A stretch of 61,114 nt of DNA, the filler included, from Pseudobdellovibrionaceae bacterium (GTDB taxonomy: Bacteria > Bdellovibrionota > Bdellovibrionia > Bdellovibrionales > UBA1609): assembly GCA_030591685.1 (NCBI GenBank). It is 3 parts of 3 records of this genome, joined end to end, with 100 filler letters (N's around TTAATTAATTAA, not from the genome) between each part and the next. Parts side by side here need not be neighbours in the genome. Positions count along the whole stretch, not along the records: positions 1 to 16,673 come from JAUVAX010000047.1; 2 more parts are not named here. One strand, given 5' to 3'. Under the pieces are notes generated by a model. It was given only the letters and a program-made list of their open reading frames with translations. It was not told where the DNA came from and did no database searches. Below are positions 1-9,085 of this stretch, one piece after another. Position numbers and translations under genes: made by a program. Within the stretch, counting starts at the first letter, position 1; the number at the start of each line of letters is the position of its first letter.

Positions 1-1
1 A

Positions 2-619
2 ATTACAAGTAGCACCGACATACCAAACTTAGCGGCTCGTTTTGCTATGACTGAATTAATTTTGGTAAATAACCTGAGCCGCGCAGTGGGTATTTCTGTT
101 GATAGTATCATGAATGTTAATGGTGGTTATGCCGGATCTATATTGAAGTGTGATGAGCATAATTCAGGTACGATGCCAATACTTATTTTAAATGCAGCTC
201 GTCACCGTGCTGTATCAGCATGTATACTTGAGTTAATTGACCAATTAAAGGCCAATAATATGTTTGAATCAACAGTGATAGATTTATCTGGAGAATTTAA
301 TCGAAATGCGAGAGCAGACGGTTATGGTTCGGATCACGGTTGGGAGGGAAAGAGTGTCTCTCTTTTTACAGGAGGCATTACTAACGGACCACATGTATTA
401 GGAAACATGACCTCTGACAAAGGAGCAAAGTATTTCGGGTCTTGGGGTAAGGGAGCTGCTGTAAAGGAGCTGGGTTCGCAGTTAAACATGGCCCATATGG
501 CCGCAACCATTGCACATGTTTTAAAAGCACCATCACCAGTAACATCAGCTCAATCTGTAGTTTATTTAGATGACAATGGTATTTTGACACCCTTGATTGA
601 AAAAACTAAAAATGTTTAA
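2..619 (+). CDS. DUF1501-like protein, C-terminal part (5' end outside window)
   Basis: Frame open from base 2; motif 'SGEFNRN...GSDHGW' resembles the DUF1501 EFGRT...GTDHG signature. Confidence 0.6.
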   Translation: MTSSTDIPNLAARFAMTELILVNNLSRAVGISVDSIMNVNGGYAGSILKCDEHNSGTMPILILNAARHRAVSACILELIDQLKANNMFESTVIDLSGEFNRNARADGYGSDHGWEGKSVSLFTGGITNGPHVLGNMTSDKGAKYFGSWGKGAAVKELGSQLNMAHMAATIAHVLKAPSPVTSAQSVVYLDDNGILTPLIEKTKNV

Positions 620-693
620 TAACTAAACGAACAGTGATTTTAAAATTTAATTCTCAAATTTTGTATACTTCGTCAGATTTAATAGGGGATTTA

Positions 694-1116
694 ATGAATA
701 AAACTACTATAAAGCATAAAAAGATTGCGGGATTTTGGCTGCTCATAGCGCCAACCCTTGTATTGATGGCTTTGTTTTCTACGGTAAAATCTGAGACAAG
801 TTATTATGTGCAACTCACAATATTTTCTACCATTGCCCTTGTTGCCTTTATTTCTGCAGTTGAAATATTTTTAAACTCTAACGGGGCCCGCAGAGTATTG
901 CGGGTAGTTTCTTGGTTAGTTGTCTTTTACGCAGTTGTTGTGGCTATTGTAATGTTAGTTTATTCGATAAGAGCTATCTTTAATGTGGGCATCAGCAAGG
1001 AGACGGGTCTTGTTGTGGTTGTAGCATTTGGTGTAGGTGCAACATGGGGCATACCATTTACCCTCTTGGCTAGAGGTTTAAAAAAAATTAAAATTAATGA
1101 GGAAGTGGTTTTATGA
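694..1116 (+). CDS. Hypothetical integral membrane protein (~4 TM)
   Basis: ATG 694 preceded by AGGGGA; four hydrophobic stretches. Confidence 0.6.
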   Translation: MNKTTIKHKKIAGFWLLIAPTLVLMALFSTVKSETSYYVQLTIFSTIALVAFISAVEIFLNSNGARRVLRVVSWLVVFYAVVVAIVMLVYSIRAIFNVGISKETGLVVVVAFGVGATWGIPFTLLARGLKKIKINEEVVL

Positions 1117-1556
1117 TCAGTTATGTTAATGCTGAATTTCTATGGTTTTCAGAGCCCACTTTATATAAAAACAGAACTGAAGGAATAATCACTACAGCTG
1201 ATGAATTTATGGAAATCGTGCAGACTTATGAAGAACGGTTAAAAGGGGTTAAACTCACTAAGTCAGAGAAAGATCGTAAATATACAGCTCTCGGGCTTCA
1301 AATAAAGGGGATGGAGAACAGCTCATTTTGTAGTATCGATATTTTAGATACTAAGGTCCGTTTGTATATTGTCCACTATGAAATAGTAATAAAAAAACCA
1401 CGATTTTTATTTTTTGGTGGCAATGGAATTCAAATTTTTTGTACCTTAAATAGTAAGAGCCACCTTGTTGAATTCATAAACTTATTTATTTCAAAAAAAT
1501 TCAGCGACGCTAAAGTCTTTCTGAAAAAAAATGCACAGTCCGTGCAGTGGGGCTAG
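1113..1556 (+). CDS. Hypothetical protein
   Basis: 147-aa ORF with ATGA overlap to the upstream stop. Confidence 0.55.
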   Translation: MISYVNAEFLWFSEPTLYKNRTEGIITTADEFMEIVQTYEERLKGVKLTKSEKDRKYTALGLQIKGMENSSFCSIDILDTKVRLYIVHYEIVIKKPRFLFFGGNGIQIFCTLNSKSHLVEFINLFISKKFSDAKVFLKKNAQSVQWG

Positions 1557-1576
1557 CAACAGGGTGAAGTTATAAA

Positions 1577-1845
1577 AATATTTTTAATGTGATCTACCTC
1601 GCCTGGCACATAAACTTTTCGCTCAAGTGCATGTAATTATTTAATAAACTCACCCTTCAGTACAACACGGGAATGTTACGATTTAGAGTCTCCGTCTGCC
1701 GAGTTTTGATGGCAGAGTAATGTGCTCCTTGGCATTTAATCCTTGCTCCCAAGTGCGCGAATTTACTTAATAAACGCCCCTTCAGTACAACACCAGAATG
1801 TTAAGACTTAGAGCTCCATCCCCCGAGTCTTTGCTTTGAGTCAAA
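1577..1845. repeat. Two degenerate tandem copies of a ~126-bp intergenic repeat
   Basis: CCCTTCAGTACAACAC exact at 1653 and 1778; CAAGTGC, TTAATAAAC, GAATGTTA, TTAGAG and CCGAGT colinear at ~125-126 bp offset. Confidence 0.8.
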
Positions 1846-1893
1846 TTTTAGAAATAGTTCGTCATGTTAATTCTATTTGGTTGTCTTTAATAT

Positions 1894-2687
1894 ATGAAAA
1901 TTCTAGATTTTACAGACCCAAATGAAAACGCACAGTTGATGAGGTTTTCTGAACACTATGCCTCGATGCTTTCCATAGAGCCGCGAGAATATATGCTCCA
2001 AAGCAAAAGAACCTAAGCGCCCTCAGCCCTCATAATCTTAAAGTACTTAAAGAGGGGATTCACACAACTTATAAGTCGGCAGCAGAGACTCTTAAGAGAA
2101 ATGACCTTTTCGCCCCTGATTTAATACTTTTTATTGGGCCAGGGGAGCTAGATGGGCACGCAACCATTTTTAATGAAAGACCAACCACCTTTCTTGACCT
2201 TTCAATCATAGAAAATCATTACAAAAACGACCTGTTTGAAAGGGAGACCCATCTAATGCATGAGCTTATTCATGGGATTCACTATAGTTGCCGGCCTGAA
2301 TTTGATCTTAAAAAAATAGTTACTTCCAAGGAGCGCCTTGTAATTCGAACAATTGTAGAAGGGTTGGCAACTCATCTCTGCGAAAAAACATTAAACTACC
2401 CTGTGGATAAATACTGGTATGGATTTATTAATTCTAGTTTGTGCCATAGGTGGATTGAAAACTGTAAATCGAAATTATCTAATGATTTAGAGCTACTTAG
2501 GAAAATGAAAACACTAGAAAACTTTGAAACACAGCTGTTTTCTTTTTTTGGATTATCTCCCGAGGAAATATGTGATGGTCGTCGAGGTTATTATTACGGA
2601 GATCAAATTGCAGAGAGGTTCTTAAAGGAAAACTCTATGCAAGATGCATTTAATGCTGATTTAAAAAAATGGCTTATGTATTTCTAA
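1894..2687 (+). pseudogene. DUF2268-like Zn-dependent protease split by a frameshift near 2000-2010
   Basis: ATG 1894 frame stops at 2016; overlapping frame open 1953-2687 carries HELIH, EGLA and GYYYG. Confidence 0.6.
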
Positions 2688-2809
2688 ATTATGGACAAGG
2701 TTTAATAGAGCGAATACCCATCTCGTAATTATAATGTAAATTATTGTGTTATATATTTAATAATTAGATACAATAAAACAATTGAAAGAGTCTTTAAAGG
2801 TAGGTGTGT

Positions 2810-3397
2810 ATGAGTAATAACTTAGAGAAAATACTAGATGACATTACTGAACTCAAAAAAGAGATCTCAGAAGAGCTTGAAAAGAAAAAGCGAGACTTTA
2901 AATATAAAATCGAAAGAGGAAAGGTCACGTTTGAGGCGGATGTCCTTGAGAAGCAACGCATATTCAAGCAAAACTTAATTTTATACCTCGTTAATGCTAA
3001 GTTTTCTTCTTACATAGTCTCACCTTTTATTTACATGCAAATCATTCCCTTTTTTATGCTAGATATATTTGTTTCTATATACCAGTGGACGAACTTCCCC
3101 ATTTATAAAATATCTAAGGTTCGGCGAAAAGACTACATCATATTTGATCGCCATAAACTCGGGTACCTCAATACATTAGAAAAGTTTAACTGCTTATACT
3201 GCTCTTATGTTAATGGTCTGATTGCTTATGTTCGTGAGGTCGCTTCACGAACTGAGCAATTTTTTTGCCCCATTCGTCATGCAAAAAAACAACAAGGTTC
3301 TCATGACAGGTATCATCTCTTTACGGATTACGGGGATACTGAGTCGTATAAGGGCAAACTTAAAGGGATCCGAGAGGCTTTAAAAAAAATTGAATAA
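2810..3397 (+). CDS. Hypothetical membrane-associated protein with Cys/His motifs
   Basis: SD AGGT; hydrophobic segment; CLYC and CPIRH motifs. Confidence 0.7.
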   Translation: MSNNLEKILDDITELKKEISEELEKKKRDFKYKIERGKVTFEADVLEKQRIFKQNLILYLVNAKFSSYIVSPFIYMQIIPFFMLDIFVSIYQWTNFPIYKISKVRRKDYIIFDRHKLGYLNTLEKFNCLYCSYVNGLIAYVREVASRTEQFFCPIRHAKKQQGSHDRYHLFTDYGDTESYKGKLKGIREALKKIE

Positions 3398-3404
3398 AAA
3401 AAGC

Positions 3405-3443
3405 TAAAAAGGTGACAAATAAAAGTGACATAAAAAGCTGACA
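3405..3443. repeat. Three 13-bp tandem units (TAAAAAGGTGACA-like)
   Basis: TAAAAAGGTGACA / AATAAAAGTGACA / TAAAAAGCTGACA. Confidence 0.65.
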
Positions 3444-3450
3444 GAGCCAT

Positions 3451-3592
3451 AATATTTTTAATGTAATGTGCTAGCAAAGCGTTGGTACTGCGCTCTTAAG
3501 TGCCTGAAACCATACAACAATTCCTCATTCAGCGCTATATAGTACGGATGCAATTTAGAATCTCCACCCCACGAGTCCTCGTGTCTTGAGCC
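3451..3592. repeat. Third, more diverged copy of the ~126-bp repeat
   Basis: AATATTTTTAATGT (=1577), GTAATGTGCT (=1717), AAGTGC, and ATTTAGAATCTCC (12/13 to 1681) are colinear. Confidence 0.65.
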
Positions 3593-3639
3593 TTGGCAGG
3601 CGCAAATTAACTCGACGTTTCCCTATTCAATTTAGATCT

Positions 3640-3942
3640 CTATACGCAGTATATTTTGTTCATAGATTTAATTAATTTTAGTACATTTGGGTCCGAAATC
3701 CTGTACTGGACAAAATTAGACTGCCTTTTAGAGGTGACTAATTTTTCTAATTTCATACGGTTTAAAAACTGAGATACTGCTGATTGTGTTGCGCCACTTA
3801 ATAGTTCTAATTCACTGACAGTCTTTGGACCATCAAATAGTTGGCATAGAATCATAAGCCGTTGTGGATGAGCTAACGCTTTAAGAGTCTGAGCGACGGT
3901 CTCGCACTGTTCAATCGTAGGGGTTTTTTTAGTTTTTGCCAT
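3640..3942 (-). CDS. ArsR/SmtB family regulator, SqrR/BigR-like
   Basis: LKALAHPQRLMILCQL, SQSAVSQ-like helix (TQSAVSQ) and C-terminal YC give the two-Cys pattern of persulfide sensors. Confidence 0.85.
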   Translation of the reverse strand: MAKTKKTPTIEQCETVAQTLKALAHPQRLMILCQLFDGPKTVSELELLSGATQSAVSQFLNRMKLEKLVTSKRQSNFVQYRISDPNVLKLIKSMNKIYCV

Positions 3943-4027
3943 GTTTAAATATTATTATATTTTAGATTTAGACATGTCAACTTTGCATTTAAAACAAAAA
4001 TAGACTTAATAAAAATAAACATAACTA

Positions 4028-4054
4028 TAAAATTACGAGGGCAAAGGCCGATAC
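4028..4054 (+). promoter_or_regulatory. Putative sigma28 (FliA) promoter
   Basis: TAAA-N15-GCCGATAC. Confidence 0.5.
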
Positions 4055-4060
4055 TTCTGG

Positions 4061-4089
4061 TTGACAATATTATGATATTACAATATACT
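4061..4089 (+). promoter_or_regulatory. Sigma70 promoter with overlapping ATATT-N10-AATAT operator-like palindrome
   Basis: TTGACA-N17-TATACT; palindrome at 4067-4086. Confidence 0.7.
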
Positions 4090-4110
4090 GATTTAAAACG
4101 GAGATGATGC

Positions 4111-4665
4111 ATGCACGCAGTGATTATTGATGTAAGAGAACGGGACGAGTTTGATAGCGAACAAGTAAAAGGCTCGATTAACATCCCACTATCTATATTT
4201 GGAGCCCTGGCCCCGGGTATTATTACAAATCTTAATAAGAGAAAAATTATTTTAATGTGCTTAAGTGGTAATCGTTCCGGCTTGGCCATAAAACAAATAT
4301 ATCAATTGGGCTTAGATGAAGACAATAAATTTGAGGTTTACTCTGGGGGCATAAAAAAATGGAAATTCGTTGGGAATGAGACCATTTCATATAAATCTAA
4401 CCATCTCCCAATTATAAGACAAGTACACTTAGCAGCAGGTTTACTGGTGACAGTCTCTGTTGCACTAGGTTTCTTTGTAAACCCTTTGTTCTATGCGTTG
4501 GCTGGGTTCGTTGGAGCCGGTTTAATGTTTGCAGGAGCAACGGGGACCTGCCTTATGGGCGAGCTATTATCTAAAATGCCATGGAATCAGTCGGTACCCA
4601 ATCTTAAGCAAGAGGTCTGCAGTGCGAGTACTGGTAAGATAAACTGCATAAATACAGACTCTTAA
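4111..4665 (+). CDS. Rhodanese plus DUF2892 membrane protein (YgaP-like)
   Basis: IIDVRE, CLSGNRS active loop, C-terminal TM pair ending GATGTC...MPWN. Confidence 0.85.
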   Translation: MHAVIIDVRERDEFDSEQVKGSINIPLSIFGALAPGIITNLNKRKIILMCLSGNRSGLAIKQIYQLGLDEDNKFEVYSGGIKKWKFVGNETISYKSNHLPIIRQVHLAAGLLVTVSVALGFFVNPLFYALAGFVGAGLMFAGATGTCLMGELLSKMPWNQSVPNLKQEVCSASTGKINCINTDS

Positions 4666-4865
4666 ATAGTACCAGTTGGCTCTAATTCTAGTGGTCAATT
4701 CTCACGAGTGAGAGCTATCTGTGACCATTATTATCACTACTGTAATTTAAGTTTCATTTTATTTACTTACACCTCGAATATTAAGAGATAAGTACTCAGT
4801 GAGGTACACACTAAGGTCCTAAATTTATTGATTGTGAAGAGCAAATATACTAAAATATTAAATAG

Positions 4866-5999
4866 ATGCTCTTATCTAAAATAAAACACCCTATTTTAAT
4901 CATATTTTTTTTATGTCCTACAATTTCATATTCATATTCAAATTCTAATGAGTATCGTATTTTTAGTTTTGCAAGAGAGTACAATGAGAATGCTTGGACT
5001 TATGAAGCTAACTCGCCAGAGGTTCAACATGCACTTAAGGCTATTAATTCACAGTTGAACCAAACCGCATCACTGAGCGCGAGCACAAAAAAAGCAGTAG
5101 ATTACGGCTTATCTCCAGATGCTAATATAGTAAAAACAGCTCGAGAACTTTCTGCAGATGACTATAGTGATCTGGCAATATTAACGGGGTCAATGGCTAT
5201 ATATGAAGGCCCAGAAAATAATGATTATTGGACATTGAATTTTACTAGTGGTGTCACCATGGCCTACGGAAGGAACGTATCCTCTGCAGATTATTCAGTA
5301 AAGATACCAAAAAGACTAATCACCTCTAAATGTCTTAGAGTAAGAAAATTAAGTAATGGTAAAGTAAAAAAGGTACCGAAACTTGAGTGCATAAAAGATT
5401 ATATAAAATATATAGGTAACGCCGTTGGCAGAATTACTGCTATTCAGCTTACAGACGCAGTGCCAGATCTAGAACAACAGGTTAGCTGTTATTCAAATTA
5501 CAAAAAAAACAAAAAAAAGTTTACAGTTAATATTTTTAAAGACATCGATGGACGGATCCGAGCCTGTTACTTGTTGAGTTCTGTAAACGCTACTGAGTGC
5601 ATAAGTCTTAATGTAAAAGTGATGCGTGCAGGAAATAATTGTAGAATAAACTTTATATCAAAAGATAAAGATATAAAGTTCAAGATCTCCACCTCTTTTA
5701 ATGGTCAGAAACCAAATAAAAATGTTCAGGCTAGGTTGAGCAATGGTTTGGAAATAGAGTATTTGGTTGATTCAGGTGAAAAAACAAGCTTTCAGAAGGA
5801 CATAAAAAGCAAAAAAAATATTTCTCCAATAACGATGAAAAAAAAGAAGGTTCCCATGAAATTTTCAAATTTAACATGTAGTTTTAATTCTGGTTTTGCT
5901 AAGCTAGTAAAGGGATGTAAACAGCCAGAAGAGTCAGATTTGGATACTGTAGGGATTGGCCCTGCTCCTATGTTCCGGAGAAATAAAGGCCGCAAGTGA
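4866..5999 (+). CDS. Secreted Cys-rich hypothetical protein
   Basis: 377-aa ORF with signal-peptide-like N-terminus and several Cys. Confidence 0.65.
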   Translation: MLLSKIKHPILIIFFLCPTISYSYSNSNEYRIFSFAREYNENAWTYEANSPEVQHALKAINSQLNQTASLSASTKKAVDYGLSPDANIVKTARELSADDYSDLAILTGSMAIYEGPENNDYWTLNFTSGVTMAYGRNVSSADYSVKIPKRLITSKCLRVRKLSNGKVKKVPKLECIKDYIKYIGNAVGRITAIQLTDAVPDLEQQVSCYSNYKKNKKKFTVNIFKDIDGRIRACYLLSSVNATECISLNVKVMRAGNNCRINFISKDKDIKFKISTSFNGQKPNKNVQARLSNGLEIEYLVDSGEKTSFQKDIKSKKNISPITMKKKKVPMKFSNLTCSFNSGFAKLVKGCKQPEESDLDTVGIGPAPMFRRNKGRK

Positions 6000-6241
6000 G
6001 GCCCTCCCACCGTTAAGTTATGGGAGCTCTTAGCGAAATGTGAAAATAGGCCATAGGCCCTTTATATTAATAACTAAATCTAAAAAATATCATGATAAAG
6101 ATAATAGGATCACAGCAACAGTGACTGGGCAACATGTTATTAAATAATACATGTACTAGGTGATAGTTGTGCCTCTGAGCCTGTTTATTTAAGAACAGTT
6201 GAGTTTGTTATAAAATTGTACTCTAGAGGCTCACGTTTTTG

Positions 6242-7522
6242 TCAGTACGACCTAGAGGCACTAGGAGCTTTTGCAGGGCGCTTTGGGCCCCTGTGAAAAC
6301 GTCTTGATTTGGTTTTTCTACCCTGAGCCTCATCAATCTTTGCCTTGGCTTTTCCGACACTCACTACGCTGGCATTTTCAGCCTCTACAGAGTGATATGG
6401 ATGGTCCGTGATGACTTCAATTTTTTGCTTTGTGGCGCGTTCGATATTGGCTAAGTAGGACTTCTCATCAGCAGTTACAAAAGAAACGGCTGCGCCCTCA
6501 GAGCCGGCACGTGCCGTGCGACCAATTCGATGAACATAGCTTTCAGCTACATTTGAAAGGTCATAATTTATTACATGTGTGATTCCATCAATGTCTATCC
6601 CGCGAGAGGCGATATCGGTAGCGACCAGCACCCTCGCACGCCCGGCTGCAAACTCTTGAATGGCTTTTTGTCTTGCTGCTTGAGATTTGTTACCGTGTAT
6701 TGTTTTTGAAGAAATATTATTTTTTTCAAGCTTCTCTGCTAATCGGTTTGCTATATGTTTCATGCCGACAAAAACCAAAGTTCTTTTAAAGCTCTTATCT
6801 TTTAGTAAATGCACAAGTAAATTGGGCTTTTCTTTTTTATTCACATACATCACCATTTGGTGGATCAACTCTACTGTGGTTGCTGGTGGAGTGACTTCAA
6901 TTTTTTTGGGATTTACTAAAATGCTTGTTGCCAGCTTTTTAATGGCCGTAGGCATAGTTGCTGAGAAAAACAGGTTGTGCCTTTTTCTAGGGAGAAGTGC
7001 TAAAACTTTTTTAATGTCGTTTAAAAAACCCATATCAAGCATGCGGTCAGCTTCATCGAGCACAAAGACTTCTACTTTACCTAATCGAAGGTGCTTTTGG
7101 TTGATTAAATCAAGAAGTCGACCTGGTGTTGCCACAAGCACATCTGTACCGTGCCTCAGGCTTTGAACCTGTTTGCCCTGGCTGACCCCACCAAAAATAA
7201 CAGCAAATTTTTGCGGTAGAAAAAAGCCATATTTAGTGAGGTTATCGTGAATTTGAATGGCCAGCTCTCTAGTTGGAGTTAAAATAAGTGCTCGAGGGTG
7301 CTTGGGTTCACGACGAATATTTTTTAAGTGTAGGTAATTTAAAATGGGCAAGCAAAAGGCGGCTGTCTTGCCGGTCCCTGTTTGGGCAATGCCAAGCAAG
7401 TCATGGCCCTCTAAAACTAAAGGGATCGCCTGCTGCTGTATAGGAGTTGGTGTTTCATAACCCACTTTTTTTAAAGACTGTTGAAGTGGCTCAATAAGGT
7501 CAAAATCTGTAAATTTTTTCAT
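6242..7522 (-). CDS. rhlE: DEAD-box RNA helicase, RhlE-like
   Basis: Q motif, AQTGTGKT, PTRELA, DEAD, SAT, HRIGRTAR; basic tail; likely ATG at 7522. Confidence 0.85.
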   Translation of the reverse strand: MKKFTDFDLIEPLQQSLKKVGYETPTPIQQQAIPLVLEGHDLLGIAQTGTGKTAAFCLPILNYLHLKNIRREPKHPRALILTPTRELAIQIHDNLTKYGFFLPQKFAVIFGGVSQGKQVQSLRHGTDVLVATPGRLLDLINQKHLRLGKVEVFVLDEADRMLDMGFLNDIKKVLALLPRKRHNLFFSATMPTAIKKLATSILVNPKKIEVTPPATTVELIHQMVMYVNKKEKPNLLVHLLKDKSFKRTLVFVGMKHIANRLAEKLEKNNISSKTIHGNKSQAARQKAIQEFAAGRARVLVATDIASRGIDIDGITHVINYDLSNVAESYVHRIGRTARAGSEGAAVSFVTADEKSYLANIERATKQKIEVITDHPYHSVEAENASVVSVGKAKAKIDEAQGRKTKSRRFHRGPKRPAKAPSASRSY

Positions 7523-7658
7523 AAGTTTATATACTTGAGTTTCACAAAAATAGATACCCTCCACCCAGAACTAACCTCCATCTAGATAACTATTTCATTA
7601 TTGAAGCAAATATCTAAAAATCATATGCGACCACGATGAATGCTGGTATTTATAGTTT

Positions 7659-9038
7659 ATGAGCCAAAAATTTGAAATACTCCCCCTAAAGCAAGAACTT
7701 CTAGTTAACTTAAGTGCGCTTGAGTTCGCCCTGATGACGCCTATCCAGGCCCAGAGCCTGCCAGCCCTGCTCGAGGGTAGGGACGTTACAGCTCAAGCCA
7801 AAACGGGCTCAGGTAAAACAGCTGCTTTTGGGCTGTGTATTTTAAACTCTTTAGAGCTACCGAGTAATAACCTTCACTCACTGATCTTATGCCCCACTAG
7901 GGAGCTGGCAGAGCAGGTGGCCTCAGAAATCAGAATGTTAGCTCGTACTTATCAAAATACCAAGGTTCTTACCCTGTGTGGGGGGGCCTCAGAGTCTCTT
8001 CAGCAAAGGTCCCTGGCTTCAGGGGCGCATATTGTGGTGGGTACCCCTGGGCGAGTATTGCACCATCTCAGCCGAAAAAGTCTCATTTTAGACTCTTTAA
8101 AGGTTTTTACCCTGGATGAGGCCGACCGTATGTTGGATATGGGCTTTTATGAGGATATCATCAAAATTGTGGACTGCCTGCCTAAAAAAAGGCAGACGTT
8201 ACTGTTTTCGGCCACATACCCTGAGCATATTAAACTCTTGAGTTCAGAAATTCAAAATAACGCCCTTGAAATTAAAACCGACATTACTCATGAAGCCGAT
8301 AATATTGAGCAGCTTTTTTTTGAAGTTCAGCCCAGCGAAGATAAAAATAATTTTCTTTATAAACTTCTTTGTATGCATAGGCCTGATAGGGCCATTGTAT
8401 TTTGCCGAACTAAAAAAGATACTAACGATATTGCTAAGTTTTTATCGAACAGACATATCTATGCAGAGAGTTTAAACGGGGACTTAGAGCAAAGTGAGAG
8501 AACTGAAGTTTTAGAGAAATTCTCTAACCGAAGTTTATCAATTTTAGTGGCCACAGATGTGGCGGCACGTGGGCTCGACATTGAAGACTTAGCAGCTGTT
8601 ATTAACTTTAACATGCCCACTGACGCTGAGTCTTATGTTCACCGTATAGGTAGGACCGGGCGTGCTGGTAAAAAAGGTATGGTGTTTAGCTTTTTTAACG
8701 CTATAGAGCAGGACAAGCTTAAAGAAATTGAGCATTTAACTCTCAAAGACTGCATCATTAGGGATACCAGTAAGCTCACATATACTAAAAAGTATGACCT
8801 CGTCCCACCCATGCAAACCATGTTTATCAGTGGTGGTAAAAAAGACAAGCTCAGACCTGGTGACATTGTCGGAGCCCTTGTGGGTGAAGCTAAAATAGAT
8901 GCCAATCACATCGGCAACATTGCTATTAAAAACTCATTTAGTTATGTAGCCATAAAATCAGAAAGCATCGAGCAAGCCATACAAAAATTAAGCCGTGCCC
9001 GAATTAAAAAGAAAAAGTTTAAAGTAGGGTTTGCTTAG
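7659..9038 (+). CDS. dbpA: ATP-dependent RNA helicase DbpA
   Basis: DEAD motifs plus C-terminal GGKKDKLRPGDIVGAL DbpA RNA-binding domain. Confidence 0.92.
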   Translation: MSQKFEILPLKQELLVNLSALEFALMTPIQAQSLPALLEGRDVTAQAKTGSGKTAAFGLCILNSLELPSNNLHSLILCPTRELAEQVASEIRMLARTYQNTKVLTLCGGASESLQQRSLASGAHIVVGTPGRVLHHLSRKSLILDSLKVFTLDEADRMLDMGFYEDIIKIVDCLPKKRQTLLFSATYPEHIKLLSSEIQNNALEIKTDITHEADNIEQLFFEVQPSEDKNNFLYKLLCMHRPDRAIVFCRTKKDTNDIAKFLSNRHIYAESLNGDLEQSERTEVLEKFSNRSLSILVATDVAARGLDIEDLAAVINFNMPTDAESYVHRIGRTGRAGKKGMVFSFFNAIEQDKLKEIEHLTLKDCIIRDTSKLTYTKKYDLVPPMQTMFISGGKKDKLRPGDIVGALVGEAKIDANHIGNIAIKNSFSYVAIKSESIEQAIQKLSRARIKKKKFKVGFA

Positions 9039-9051
9039 TTTCAATTAATTT

Positions 9052-9064
9052 GGAGACCGTCACC
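9052..9064. repeat. Near-palindrome GGAGACCGTCACC (REP-like motif)
   Basis: One mismatch from palindrome GGTGAC-C-GTCACC; lies between convergent genes. Confidence 0.5.
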
Positions 9065-9085
9065 TCACTACTGTGATTAGATAGA

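Noticed and set aside
1577..1845. Repeat copies as a CRISPR array
   Set aside because: Similarity extends across the whole ~126-bp unit with no unique spacers, there are only two or three copies, and no cas genes are present.
3945..4289. 114-aa minus-strand ORF upstream of arsR
   Set aside because: It overlaps the rhodanese antisense and the promoter region and has no recognisable features.
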